64,000 bases of DNA from Marsupella aquatica (lineage: Eukaryota > Plantae > Marchantiophyta). Below, one piece after another: positions 24,272 through 37,367 of the stretch; positions within the stretch are counted from its first letter, which is position 1; every line of letters starts with the position of its first letter. The position numbers and the translations under genes were made by a program. The notes beneath the pieces are model-generated. The model was given only the letters and a program-made list of their open reading frames with translations. It did no database searches and was not told the origin of the DNA. The stretch spans positions 31,119,686 to 31,183,685 of the forward strand of contig OZ316892.1 in the NCBI GenBank assembly GCA_973895155.1, written 5' to 3'.

Positions 24272-25769
24272 AGGGACTGCAGGATCAGGGTTTTTAGACT
24301 CATGAACCTCTTAGGTTCTCCGCCAAGGTTGTCAAGGTGATCTTTCATTTTTAGGGGCTTTAGGCTGCTGCCACGTTAGCCTTTGTGGCCTTGATTATAT
24401 CTCATTAAAACTAGATTGTATTTATACATACGGTCTTTAAGATTTTTTCCTCGGGGTTTGCGCTGTGCAAGTTACAACTTCAGATCTTAATACGGTCGTG
24501 ATGCATTAGGTCTTGCTAAAGTCTGTTTAATCAATGTTTCGTTCCTTAACGAACAGCTAAAGACCTGGGTACATTGTGACACCAACAAACATGCACCCAA
24601 ATGACACTCCGCAATCATAAAATGACAACAGAGTGACACATTTGGAATACCAACACTTTCACGACAATCACACGACCAAGGGCACGACCACGGGCACGGC
24701 CAATGGACCCCACCCAATTGGTTCTCCCATTTCCTTGACATTACTTGGAATTATATTTTCTACCCCAAAGCTCATAGTGTCTATTGCTCATAAGATAATG
24801 ATTTTTCTTTGCATACACTTCTATTTGCTATTTGCCCAAGTTCAATTTTGTGTCTCTTCTCTAGCTCTGAGAGTATTTTCTGTCTTGCCTCAACACCATT
24901 ACACCTTGGCCTGGGCCTGGCCTCTCACCCCAACTCCAGCCGCAAGTATTCTTGCATTGGACTCCCCTTTTTTGTGGGGTCCAAGCTCTCCTCTCCCTCC
25001 CTTTGCCCCATGGAATGACAATCTATCTTTTGACTCTTTGTTCCGCTTGCAACAGCCTTCCTGATAACTACAAGTGGAGGTGGAGAGGAGGAAATGGAAG
25101 AGGTGGAGCAAGAATGAGGTAGAACAGGGAAGGGAGGAGGGCTATAATAATTGAAAAATAGACATAAATTAAGTGAAAACATAACTATAAAAATAAAATC
25201 CCCTTTCCCATCCACTGAAAGGTTTCTTGCTCCTTATTTGGATTTCAAACTTCAATTTTATTTTTGAATTCCTTGAAGTTTCTCATTCCTGACCCCCCTG
25301 CTGACCTCACATCCCAATCACAAACCATGTTTGCCTCACCTCAACATCTTGCTCTCACCTCAAAATCTTGCCCTCACTCAAAATGTTTCGTGCAACGCGC
25401 GGGCATGGGGCTTGTATCCCATAAAGGGATACCCCTGGTCCTTAACTTTATACGTCCCGTAGAGGATGGAGGGTGTATGACTGTATGAGCACGGTGCATT
25501 TATTTTTACAGGGACATCCAATCCAGATTCCAGACTACAAGCTTAGTCGTGCTAATAATGTAGAACAGTCATAGTTATTGTGCCGATTCCGGCTGTGTTG
25601 CTATCATTGTACAGTTGGATGTCCCTTTACTGCGCACTATACATGTCAGTAGTTAAAAAAACCGCGAACAGGATCCAGCCGTCCAAGGCTACGATCTACA
25701 GCAGTAGTAGTGGCGAATCCTCCAGGCTGGCCACTTGGGGCGTCACTTGACTTATTCAGGGAGACGCTT

Positions 25770-26262
25770 CCCTCATTCCCTGCTTTGTCTTTCAAATATG
25801 CACCTCGATTTTCCCCCGCATCCCACCGGAATGCTCTCCCCATTTTTGGGTCCCATTTCAGTTCCAGGCCAGCCCCGTTTTTGGGTTTCGGTTCAGTTTT
25901 GAGGAGGGCACAGATTTTTTTAGTACATTCCAATGCTCGACTGTTCTAACCTATTCAAAAATAATGTAAAACTAGCTATTTTAAATAATTCTAAAATTTT
26001 AAAAGGCAATGAGCATTGAGAATTGATGCCATAAGTAGTGTTTGACCTAGTGGTATTGGAGTTCAGTTGAGACTATGAGGTGGTGTGTTCAAGGCACATA
26101 ACGTGCATGGAAAGGTCTAATTGTACTTGAAAATGGAAATGGTAAATGAGATATATATGGGGAGTTCAAGTACTGTGGAGATAGAAAAAATGGGGGAGAG
26201 CATTCCGGTGGGATGTGGGGGACAATCGAGGTGCATAATTGAATGACAAAGCAGGGAAAGGG
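25770..26262. mobile_element. MITE-like element with ~70-bp terminal inverted repeats
   Basis: TTCCCTGCTTTGTC...CCCACCGGAATGCTCTCCCCATTTTT (~25776-25847) is the reverse complement of ~26186-26258. AT-rich interior; TSD not evident. Confidence 0.7.
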
Positions 26263-26289
26263 TTTAGTTCACAGAAGCGCATGTTTGCT

Positions 26290-27002
26290 CTACACTACTG
26301 TCGTGTGAGTGGCTGCCCCTTGGGCACACATCCATCAGGATTTGTTTTGGCACATTTTTACTCTTCGGACAGTTTTCAAAACTGATGTGATTCACACACC
26401 CTAAACAGAACGAAAGCGGAGAGCAAGTTTTTTAATTCCATCTGTTTGTAACGGCCCACAATTTCAGGTTATGGGTCAGGTTATTGGCCAGTCAGGTATT
26501 TGCACTGTTTATCCTTGCGGTATGGCGTGCGTGATGTGCTCGGAAGTTTCATGTTTGGAGTTAGGTGTTCCAGTTTAGGATCTGCCCAAACAATCTGTGA
26601 GCTACGTCCCCAATGACTGTCATTCCCAAATTATGACATAATTCATGAACAGAGTTCATCGCATCACGAATGCAATGTACCCCAAAGAAACTAAACGACG
26701 TCACGCGGACTATCAGTTTGGTGTAATCTGATCCGAATGCATATTCTCCCACAACGTTCAAATTCACCGTGTCGGAAAGTGTGGTGCACAACTGTAGTTG
26801 TATAGTGACAGGAAATGAACTAGTGGCACAGATTGTCATTTTTTCGTGTTATTTGTGTTTTGTCCTGTTCTCTCTAAACTACTGTCGTGTGAGTGGCTGC
26901 CCTTCGGCGTGCATCCACCAGGGTTGTTCCCTGACGTATTTTCTACTTTTGGGACACTTTTCAAAACTGATGTGATTTACACACCCTAAACTGAATGAAA
27001 GC
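26290..27002 (+). repeat. Dispersed repeat family (copies ~26290-26420, ~26765-27002, ~36140-36440)
   Basis: Shared blocks CTACTGTCGTGTGAG..GCTGCCC, TGATGTGATT(C/T)ACACACC.TAAAC and GCACAACTGTAG.TG.ATAGTGACA. Confidence 0.75.
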
Positions 27003-27399
27003 GTCTCATCAAAATAATTATTGCGGAAGAAGGTCTGGTTGACAAGCCATTTTCGGCGGAATTGTTTTTGGCGGAGGTGGACGGTTGAGTGTTTTTCCCT
27101 GTTTTCAGGAATAGTGCTCTTTGTTGGTATTTTACTGCAGTTCTTGTGTTCGGTGTTGCGGATGTTCAAGTTTTGTTTCAAATTTTTGAAATTGGTCGGG
27201 CTTATGGGGGGGATCATACCCCAAACCCTACACCCTTTCGACTCTTGAGCGTATGGTCTGTGTATTATTTGAATTCATGGGCAGAAGTAGGGCTTCACTA
27301 TGATGGGAGTTGTAGTTTGAAGGTCTGGGGGTTCGGAGGGTTGTGTTCATCATCTGATGAAGTGATGGAGTTGGGATAGCGTGATGGATATGAGAAGAT

Positions 27400-28880
27400 T
27401 TAAACCACGGGAGTCAGACGGATGGAGACAACAACAACAACATCGTGATCACAAGCCTTCTCCCTAAACTCCAATTTCAGTGAGTCGAATCGGGAAGACG
27501 TTAATTGTCGTACATCAAGGGTGGATAGGCGAGGTGAAGGAACGTTGGAATGGGGGAATGGGAGCAAACGGTTGGAGACAACCTCTACCACTCCGTTGCA
27601 TTCGGGAGTTTATTCAGGACTCCAAATTTATATAGCACCTGGGGTTTTTGAAGAGCTACAACAACCAGAATAAAGTGGTTCTATGTTTTGAGGGTGTTGT
27701 GAATATCAGGAAAGGCGAGCGAAGGAGTGGATTGACTGGACATTTTTGAACCGCCTGCGAATGCACTGTTTGTCGTAACTGTGATTGACGAGAATTCAGT
27801 TAATATTGTTAAGGCTCTTATCGATCTTGTCTTCTCCTCTCATTATAGCCGTGCATAAAGTGCAACGTGCTAACCTGGCAAACTTGAATGCAAAATCCCT
27901 GTTGATTGAGTATAGGCAGGTGGCTGTAAAGGCCTTCTCCCCTGATTTTGATTTGAAGAATCCGATTACATTCAAATACTTGGTTACATCTCAAATTGCT
28001 AAAGCGAATCAACTTCGTTTGTGCATTTTGGATTGGGTGTTTCGGAAGATTGGTAAAGTGACTCGAAGATTTCTGTGTAATGGGGTTGATAAGCACCGGT
28101 TTATTGTGTTAGTGGAAACTAAACCGCGGTGTGGACATCAACCATTGCATTGTCTTTCCTCTTAGTGACACGATTGAGAAAGGTTATATCGAGTTCGATA
28201 CTGTTGATAAGCAACCTCGGTGCTCACATTGCTTTTCACCAACGCACTCAGCCAGTGGATGCTTTGAAGGAGGAGATAGTGAGAAGAAAAATCACTTGAT
28301 ATTGAATCAAGGGGCGAGGGACAATTCTTTACGAAAGATTCAGTGTCAGGAGAGGGATCCTCAGTACGGGTCATGTAATCGGATTACAGTAACACTGGGG
28401 CAGACAGTAATCCACATGCACAGGATCATTCTGAGGCACAACCAGCGTGGAAGACGTGGAAGTCTTCTTCTAGTCACCCCCTAGACTGCTTGGTCCATTG
28501 ACTCAACGACTGCTTTGAAATTGGTTATCTCGATCACAAGCTAATCGGAACAAACAATTGGCTCCGACAAAAAATTCGAAGAAGAAAAGTAGCGGTGATA
28601 AGGTCTGCTTCATACCTCTTGGCCTCTCATATCTCATACTACAGTAGCTTCTCAAGGGAGTTTTTTATCGTATTGTGGTGGAGCCGTGGTCGTTCGCAGT
28701 GGGGTTCTTGGGTAATCTCAACAAGTTTAGATGAAGCTTCACATCGTTTCACACAATGTGCAGGGTGTATGCGTTATTTCTAAAGTTTGCTTAATATTCA
28801 TCCATGCTTTCGTACCAGATTTGGAAGGAGGCAGACTTCTTTTTCTGTCCTGCTACAGATGGTCATGGGAATGGGATAAT
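27400..28880 (+). mobile_element. Decayed L1-clade LINE (ORF1 zinc knuckle plus trace of endonuclease start)
   Basis: CSHCFSPTHSASGC is a CX2CX4HX4C knuckle, preceded by an ORF1-like region (..RKIGKV..) in ORFs 27785..28165 and 28131..28484. IWKEADFFFCPATDGHG near 28820-28870 resembles the L1 endonuclease N-terminal region. Many stops and frameshifts. Confidence 0.5.
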
Positions 28881-29175
28881 AAGAGCGTAACTATACCACA
28901 GAATAAATAATCACCACTAATAGATCTGGATTCCCCATTCACATGTAATCCCAAGACCATTGAAGATCACAAAGGGAGAATACCGTTGAAACTGAACAAA
29001 GGGAATTTCATATTCAAAAGTTTAAAACGGAAATACATGTCATCTTCCACGGACACAGCCACGAACGGCAGCAGCTAATGTCGTCATCTTACCTACAAAC
29101 TATGGTTGGTGAAACAGATCCCTATACTGAAAAACACAGACACTTGTCGAAGCGAGCTCAAAATCTATCTTTCAT

Positions 29176-30424
29176 CTAAAAAAATTCCCATGGACCTTGC
29201 GAATAATCGGCAGGGTGTGCCACAGTTAGTGGTTGAGGTGCACTGCATCCCACTGTCACAATTTCCTCGTTGACCTTCCAAGCTTCACCAGGTTCAATGT
29301 TAGGCTGCTTGTTTATGTTGTAGATTTGTCCAGGGGCAAGTCCAGGCAGATCGGTAATGGGGGATGTCTGCTTCGACCGCTTGCGCTTCATCATAGTAGG
29401 GGCTTGAATGGCATGGTGTCGTGACCTGACAGGTGCACACCCACCAGTGGGTTCTTCATTCCTCCGTTGTTCCCTAGTTCCGTCAGTGGCTTTTGATGTT
29501 GGGAAGTTGGTGTGGTGCGCTCGTATGCGCTCAGGGTCATTGGGTGGCAAGTAGGGCCTTTGAGCATGGTCATACTCCTGCTCTTCGGGCCCATCAGAGT
29601 CGTCATGAATATCCATCTCGACATGTCCCTGCACGAATGTATGTACAGGAAATCGATATGTCAGCAAATTAAGGCCTTCCGTAAGTCGTTGGGTTTCCGA
29701 AACATCAGGCTACAAATGAAATACTGGAAATGCTTGTAGACAGTACTTTCGCAACTGATTCATCATGGGTGTATGACAAAGCTCGATTCGCTTTGTATAC
29801 ATCATCCCTAATCTGCTGTAGCCATGACACTTTGTGCTTTCGTTTCCATATTTCATAACTTGTTTTGGCAGCGGCCCTCTCCTCCATATGTTCATCAGAG
29901 TGCTCCCATTGCAACAGCCTTTGTTTGGCATCAATCCACAACAGCGCAAGCTGAGAGTGCTCCCTAAGACACTGTTTTGTGCCTTCGTCCATGTCCTCGA
30001 ACCTTTTCGATGTAATGAGGCCCAAAGCACCCAAATGGACCTTCAGGCCGAGGTCATTGAAATATGCTTGGCTGCACATTGGCTCGTCACTGCCAATGTT
30101 TGACTCACGCCACCTCTGTACCCATTCACTGACAGTGTTACCCGTTGCCGCCTTTCGAATCAAAGCCCTTACTGTTCGACATTGCACCTCATCCAACAAG
30201 CAATCCCAGGCAACCATGTTCATCTCTGGAATGACAGCGTGTTTCATCAGTTCTATCAAAGGAGGTGGACTGCCAAAGTCAGAGGGCGATGCCTTCATGT
30301 TATGCATGAGCTTGGCATTTTCATTGAGGCTGGTCCTAACGGAGGTCTTCCGAATGTTCCAAATATCCTTCACTCGGGCAGTGAAAGGATAATAATGCCA
30401 GAAATATGGATTCATTGTTACCAA
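29176..30424 (-). CDS. Spliced gene of unknown function (possibly TE-borne)
   Basis: ORFs 29705..30424 and 29176..29667 join in phase 0 through a GT..AG intron at 29746-29629. A further small exon may lie near 29092-29040. No domain recognised. Confidence 0.45.
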
Positions 30425-31076
30425 CTTATTGAAAGACTCTCCGGAAGATAGGATACAATTGACAGTCGAGTGAGGCAGCTACATTCGATTTGTCATGAAG
30501 CAGTCGACAACAATAATGCAGATCCAGAGATACATCGAGATTCTTAATACCTCCTCACCACCTCACAGAGTACCTAAGCAACACAAATTCATCATCATTA
30601 TTCACAGCTTCCGCCTTTCCCCGTACCTTGGCGCGCATTCAACATGGAGGACCTACTCATTAGTACACAAGTAGTACTCGCAAGGCAAGAGATCCCGATT
30701 CGCGACGAAAGGCAATCTCGAGGCTCATTATGAGCCTCGGGTACACACCTGCCTTTTACATATTTTTTCGAATGTTAATAGCGTGAATGATCCCCACTTT
30801 TTGGGTGGGGTGAATGTTAAAATGCATTCTTTGATACAACCAATTCAAACCCGGGACCTCGTCATCCCTACCATTGAGTCTCTCCACAATTATCCTCGAG
30901 ATTGAGTTTCGTCCTTAATAGATCCCGGGCCAAACACTCTGAAATTTTCAGATGGACACGAACAAAAGTTTGGGAGGGAGAATGAAGTGCATTATATAGC
31001 GTGTTCATCCTGGAACATGTTTTGTTTTTTCGTCTTGTATATATGTAATTCATTTAAATAGGGAGATGTAAATATA

Positions 31077-31805
31077 TCTACAACTATAATAAGGGATCCC
31101 ACCTTTTTTCGCCCTTGGTCACCATACAAAAAAGCTTATGGGCGGGAAATATCCACAGCCGTTGGATTTGATTACCTGTTTTTGCTCACCATTGATGAGA
31201 GAAATGTACACCCCTATCACGTATTTGCTTCCCGCTGCCCCATAATGCCCCGTTCAATCCCTATGGGCTTGTATGCACTTAAAATCACATTATGACCAAG
31301 AAAGTACAAATTACTAAAGAGTTGAGTTGTGCACAAATTCATTTGAGCAAAAAGAGAATTCACTAAAGACTGATTGAAAAGGAAAGATAAAACCTTTATG
31401 AGGAGAGCCAAATACATTCAAAATACTCTAAGTTCACTAAAATTAAGAGGGGTCCTAAAATTTATTGAAAATCAAGTTAATGCAAATGATCTACCTTGTT
31501 AAGGCACATTAAAGTCAAAATACTTGACACAAAATATGAATGAAACAAAATCTGTAAAATTATAGCAGCTTCATAACAGTCTTGAATCCATCTAGAATGA
31601 AACTGCTATAATGGTGAATCCATCTTCCAGTATTTTGTCTTCTTCAAACTTATTTTCTTCTGTATGTTAATTCAATGTGACTTACCAAGGTGCATCCCTT
31701 GTATACTTTAAATTTTGAATTTAATCTGGCACCCCTCTAAATTTTTCATTCTTAGATATACTTTTGATCATCCACCCCCTTTAACAACGCTCACGGAAGT
31801 TCTAG
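31077..31805 (+). mobile_element. Non-autonomous Helitron
   Basis: A|TCTACAACTATAATAAGGGATCCCACC nearly matches the minus-strand 5' end at 15992 (TCTACAACTATAATACAGGATCCCGCC). 3' end CAACGCTCACGG..CTAG. Confidence 0.55.
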
Positions 31806-33040
31806 CCCTTAGTGAAGAATAAATGATCTAATTAAAGTGCACTCCTCATGTCTTTAAGTTCTACTCATGGGCTTCATGACAAGTTGGCCACTCTGAAGAT
31901 GAAGGAACGAGAAAGTGTCGTAAAGGCTTTTGAAGCATCTTAATGGGGCGGGAGCATCAGTGTCAGATGAGGATGCATGATTGACACTCATGAGGAGCAT
32001 GCCTCAAAGTTGGAGGGTGGAAACCATTCCTCTAAGGAGGGATACAACTCTTACTCTTCCGTCCTTGATTGCATATCTACTGCAAGAGGAAACGATGCGA
32101 AAAACGGAGGACTTGGCAAGGTTGACAACAGCGCTTTACATTGACTCAAGGCTAGGGAAATCTACCATCTCACAAGATAGTAATTTTGGGAAGGCAAGCA
32201 CCTCCAAAAACCATGGAAGGAGAAAGCTTCCAAGATGAAATGTCACTTTTGTAAACGGAAAGGACATTTTATTCGTGACTGCAGAGCAAGGATAGCCAAG
32301 GAGGGAAATGATGCAAGAAGGTTCAAGCGAACTCAGTCATACATAAGTTATATGTGGCAAACTCCAGAAATTCCAGTGAAGGGGATTCAAGTTGCATTGG
32401 TATGTGGACACAGCGGCAACCCAACATATGGCGCATCATTGAGAAAGCTTTGTGGAGTACATAGCTTGGGATCATGCCCAAGTAGTGTATTTGGGAGATG
32501 ATTTGACCTTGCAGATTGTTGGAGTGTGAAGTGTTCCCATTAAACTCCATGATGGTTCAGTGAGGATGGTGGAAAAGATGCTTGATGTACCTTGTCTCAC
32601 AAAGAACCTATTTTCAGTGAACCAACTTGATGAAGAACGAGGATATCGAGGCTATCATCAAGAAAGGTTCATGTGCTTTGAAGAGTCCAAGCGGCTCTAT
32701 CATTAGTACTTGCTTTACTGTGAACAAGTTAATATATAAACTTGGTGTAACTGTAAGCCTCCATACTGCAAATATTGCTATCACAACAAGTGACTGGGGA
32801 GATGTGGCATAAAAGGCTTGGCCACATCAATGAAGCTAGAATGCAACAACTGCAAGACCACAACATGGTGGAAGACATTGGTAAATTTGATGGCAAGAGT
32901 TTCTTTGTCTAATTGTGGAGCGTGTGCAAAGGCAAAATCTACAAAGCCGAAATTTCCGAAGGGTGGAAGATCCAAGGCAACTGAACTTCTTGCCTTAGTT
33001 CATTCAGATATTTGTGGCCTACTTCGCCCTTCCGCTCATT

Positions 33041-33384
33041 TGTTGAGCATAGACGACAATTGCAACGGTAAGCAAATGACACATCCAACGCTCAAGTAGT
33101 CGACACAAGATATACGTGGTTTACCTTCTTGAGGCTACGTCCAGGCACCGAAACACACAAGAGAGCTTTACTGTCGAACTCTAAGCCCGTCGGCTATACC
33201 AAGTCTCCACAGTGTAAGCTCTCCTCATCTCTCAAGTGGCTCCATAACAATGAGCCTAAGTTCCACTTATCCAAGCAAACACCGCTTGGCATATAGTGTG
33301 CATCCTAGTTAACCTAACCACGACTACGGTTAGTCTAACTATGGTTACATGTCGTACCCCTAGACCTTGAGTAAATACCTAACA
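33041..33384. mobile_element. Solo LTR (344 bp) nested in the Copia integrase
   Basis: TGTT...AACA termini flanked by the 5-bp TSD TCATT (33036-33040 and 33385-33389). Removing it restores ..PSAHSGYVYFITFIDDFSRY. Confidence 0.9.
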
Positions 33385-33448
33385 TCATTCAGGCTATGTC
33401 TACTTCATCACATTCATTGATGATTTCTCGAGATATTTTACCATATGC

Positions 33449-33451
33449 ATA

Positions 33452-33488
<37 letters not shown>
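33449..33488. repeat. (AT)n plus poly-T microsatellite inside the Copia integrase
   Basis: Directly visible. Confidence 0.9.
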
Positions 33489-36473
33489 CTTGAGGCACAA
33501 GTCAGAAGCCTTTGACAAATTCAAAGAGTTCAAACTTGTTGTAGAAACACAAACCGGCAAAAAGGTGAAGGTGTTGCTGTCTGACAATGGAGGAGAGTAC
33601 AAGTTGACAACCTTTGACCTATTTTGCAAGGAACATGGGATTGCAAGGCAATTTATAGCTAGTTGCAGAGACTCCTCAACGAAATGGAGTAGCTGAGAGA
33701 AAGAATAGAACACTAGTACGTGGAGGCAGTTCTATCCTTGTTGAATCATTCAGGTCTGTCTAAATCCTATTGGGGGGAAGCTATTCATACAGCCAACTAC
33801 CTTCAAAATTAAATCGAACACCCACAAAAGCACTAGATGCGGACAAGACACCATATGAGCTTTGGTATGGGAGAAAACCAAACTTGGCACATGTTAGGGT
33901 TTTTGGATGTAGAGCACATCTTAAACATCAACATAAACCATCGAGGGAAGTTTGACAATCATGCAGAAGATTGCATCTTTTTGGGATATCCAGAAGACTC
34001 CACATCAAGATCGAGATGTCTATAGGGTTTAACAAACAACGGATCCCAAGGTGATTGTGGCAAGAGATGTTCGATTTAAAGAAGACCAGGTTGGTGGAAA
34101 AGGACCAGTTACCTCAGAGTTGGATGATCCAGTGCTATTTTTCACTTCCAATAGCACTAGCACCAACACCATCTCCAGTGGGAGCACCACTGCTAGCACC
34201 GGCACCAGGTCTAGTGGGAGCACCAGCACTAGCACCAGTGCTAGCATCGGCCTTAGCTCAAGTGGGAGCTAATGCACCTCATGTTAGAGAAGAGGCTACT
34301 GAAATTTCAAGCACATGAAAAAGGATCACAACCAAGTAGTCTGTCCACTACCACGATCCAGGTCTAGGTCTACAGAATCATTTGCAACACCTTTTGATGA
34401 ATTTGAAGGTTCAATAGAAGATGATGCCTCTACTCACATTGAAATCTCAGAACCAGAATTTGGAAGGGGAAAGAGGAAGAAGATACCAACGAGGAGATAT
34501 TGTTTTGACTCTGATTCAGCCATTGTGGCCTTAGTGACTGAATCTGGTCCAAGAATGGTGGAACCTACTTCTTTGAAGGAGGCACTTACAAGACCAGATG
34601 CAGAGCAATGGAGGAAAGCCATTAATGATGAGTTACACTCATTGAAGAAAAACAACACATGGACCATAGTCAAGCTTCCTCAAAATTGAAAGGCGGTGGG
34701 CTGCAAGTGGGTATTCAAATTGAAGTACAACCTGGATGGAAGTGTTGCAAGATACAAAGCTAGACTTGTAGCCAAAGGCTACCCCCAAGTCTATGGGGTT
34801 GATTACTTGGATACTTTTTCACCAGTAGTGAAAATCACATCTATAAGGCTCATTCTATCCTTGGTGGCCTTTTATGACCTTAAGGCCATCCTTTTAGATG
34901 TGAAGACAGCATTTCTGAATGGTATATTCACGGAACCAATCTACATGGAGTTGCCTGAAGGATTAGAGTGGTTGGAGATAATTCTTGACCCTAAAATGGT
35001 ACGTCTCCTATTGAGGGCATTATATGGCCTCAAGCAATCCTCTAGGTTATGGTATAAGAGTTTAAGGTCTCTTTCTTGTTAAGCATAGGCTTTAGAAAGT
35101 GCATAGCTTACTCAAATGTGTACTATTATGAGTGAGGAGGAAACTTTTTGATATTAGCTCTATATGTTGATGATTCCATACTTGCAAGCAATGACACCAA
35201 CATATTAGCTGAAGTCAAAAAGACACTCATGAGAATTGCAAGGCAGTGCATACTCCAGTTGAGTTGGGCTTAAAGCTAAGCAAGGAGGATAGCCCACAAA
35301 CTCATGATGAAAAGTTACAGATGGAGACTGTACCATACCAGAATGCAGTTGGAAGCCTCATGTGGGCTATCATCTACACAAGGCCCGACTTATCCTATGT
35401 AGTTGGGTCAATGGCACAATTCATGTCCAATCCAGGTCCAAAACATTGGATGGTTGTGAAGCCAATTTTTTGGTACTTGAAGGGCACAACTATTTTAGCG
35501 ATCCACGGTACAGGCAGTTCAAGAGAAGGGCACGTTGGGGATGATTTACTCTCGGTCGTGGATTCCAGTCAGCCAACTGCAATTGGTCCACGTAGTGATT
35601 GTTTTGTTGATACCCAACAAGTGCATAATATGGCGGAGTTTGCTCGAAAAGCCTCCATTGTAATATCCGCTCCAATTAAACAAATGGAATGTAGGGAAGA
35701 ATACTTACGGGAGTCTATTCAATCCCTCACAGCGCGATATACTTCAGATTTAGAAATATCAAGTAAACCCGCTTTAAAGCAACGAGAGCCGGAAATCATG
35801 CTGGAATTGAAGAGTGTTTTGAAGCAACGAGAGTCGGAGATGTTGGAACTGAAGAGTGCTTTAAAGCAACGAGAGTTGCAGATATTGGAATTAAGGAGTA
35901 TGCCAATACAGGTAACAGTATCCATAACTCGGGCAAATTGTACACTTTCATGCACGTCTCCTTGAAATATTGAAAACAATATTACTGTGGTGAATTTGAG
36001 TTTCCAGAATACCTGCTAGTTCATTTAAGAACGAGAACCGTGTTGCTGTCTTTAATTCATCTTTTTGTAACAATTCATCTTTTTGTAACAGCACACATCA
36101 CATGGATCGGAATGTATATCCCCCCGTGACGTTTGAAGGCACCATGTCGCAAAGCACAGATTGTCGTTTTTCCCTGTTATTTGTGTTCTCTGTCTGGTTT
36201 TCTCTACGCTACTGTCGTGTGAGATGCTGCCCTTCGGAGTGTGGGTTGTTTCCGGCGCATTATTTAACTTTTGGGATTAGTTTTCAGTAGTGATGTGATT
36301 CACACACCATAAACTCAACGAAAGCAGTGACCAATTTTATTGGATCACATCACATGGACCGAACCGTGACGTTTTAAGGCACCATGTTGGAAAGTGCGAC
36401 GCACAACTGTAGCTGAATAGTGACAAGAAATCAATTAGTAGGGAGCCCGGATACGGCAACGAACTCAACCTTG

Positions 36474-36497
36474 TTTAGTGTTTAGGGTTTAGGGTTT
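36474..36497 (+). repeat. Short interstitial telomeric tract
   Basis: TTTAGTG TTTAGGG TTTAGGG TTT. Confidence 0.7.
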
Positions 36498-37367
36498 GTA
36501 TACATGTATATCTTTTGCTCGCCAAATCACCCCTAAATTCTACACCCAGACCGGGTGTCACAAACAAGCCCAAGCCGGAATTGAAATAGCCAAACACTCG
36601 TAAACTGAAACATTCTAACTGTAACTGAAACTATTCAGCAAGACACGTACCCGAGCAATGAAACAGTGACAAACTCCTCACAGAAGCACCCTAAACTATA
36701 GTACACTACGACACTAACAAACTACCAAGTAAAACACTTGAATACCATATACAAAGGAATTGCAGCGTATCCTTTACTGATTGCAAAACTCATCCAAGCA
36801 GATGAAAGGTTCCGTATTCTCTACATGCAGCTCAGATAAATCTGATGCCCCCTTAAATCCTAAAGCCTCGGGTTGTATGCCACACTGCGAAGGTGTCCCC
36901 CAACCCTAAAGCTCCAAAAATGCTACCTCCATTACCATGAAAATGTAGTTGGTGACAAACACATTACCCCTAACTTAACCCTGAAGTACCCTCCCCGTCT
37001 TGAAACGCATCAGAGATAGTCTGCGCCACGAGCAGGCATGTTCTCACCATTTCGCCCTCACACTTGAAGTCTGCTGTAGGATTTTCACGCAACATTTTTA
37101 GACCCTCCTCCATGTCGCCATCGAATTGTCGTTGTAGATGAGAGCGAACTGTTTCGAGTAAGTTCTCCGCCTGATCCACTAAGCTATTCATGTATCGCGT
37201 AGCAGTTACCACACCAAATGCTGATGTAATGTCGCGCTTTCTCTTCAGAACGTCCAGTTGCTTGCCAAGTGAGTTAATGGTGGATCTCCCCTTTGCCAAC
37301 TCCTCTGCCTTGGCTTTGCTTTGTACGTCCACCTTCCAAAAGTCCTGTTTGAGAAGGGATTGAACTT

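Larger units (their letters stand above)
31850..35495 (+). mobile_element. Degenerate Ty1/Copia retrotransposon internal region (gag-PR-INT-RT), truncated at both ends
   Basis: Gag knuckle CHFCKRKGHFIRDC; protease WYVDTAATQHM; WHKRLGH; integrase LVHSDICG, SDNGGEY, NGVAERKNRT, TPYELWYGRKP; [41 protein letters not shown]. The domain order is Copia-type. Many stops and frameshifts; no RNase H and no own LTRs seen. Confidence 0.95.
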
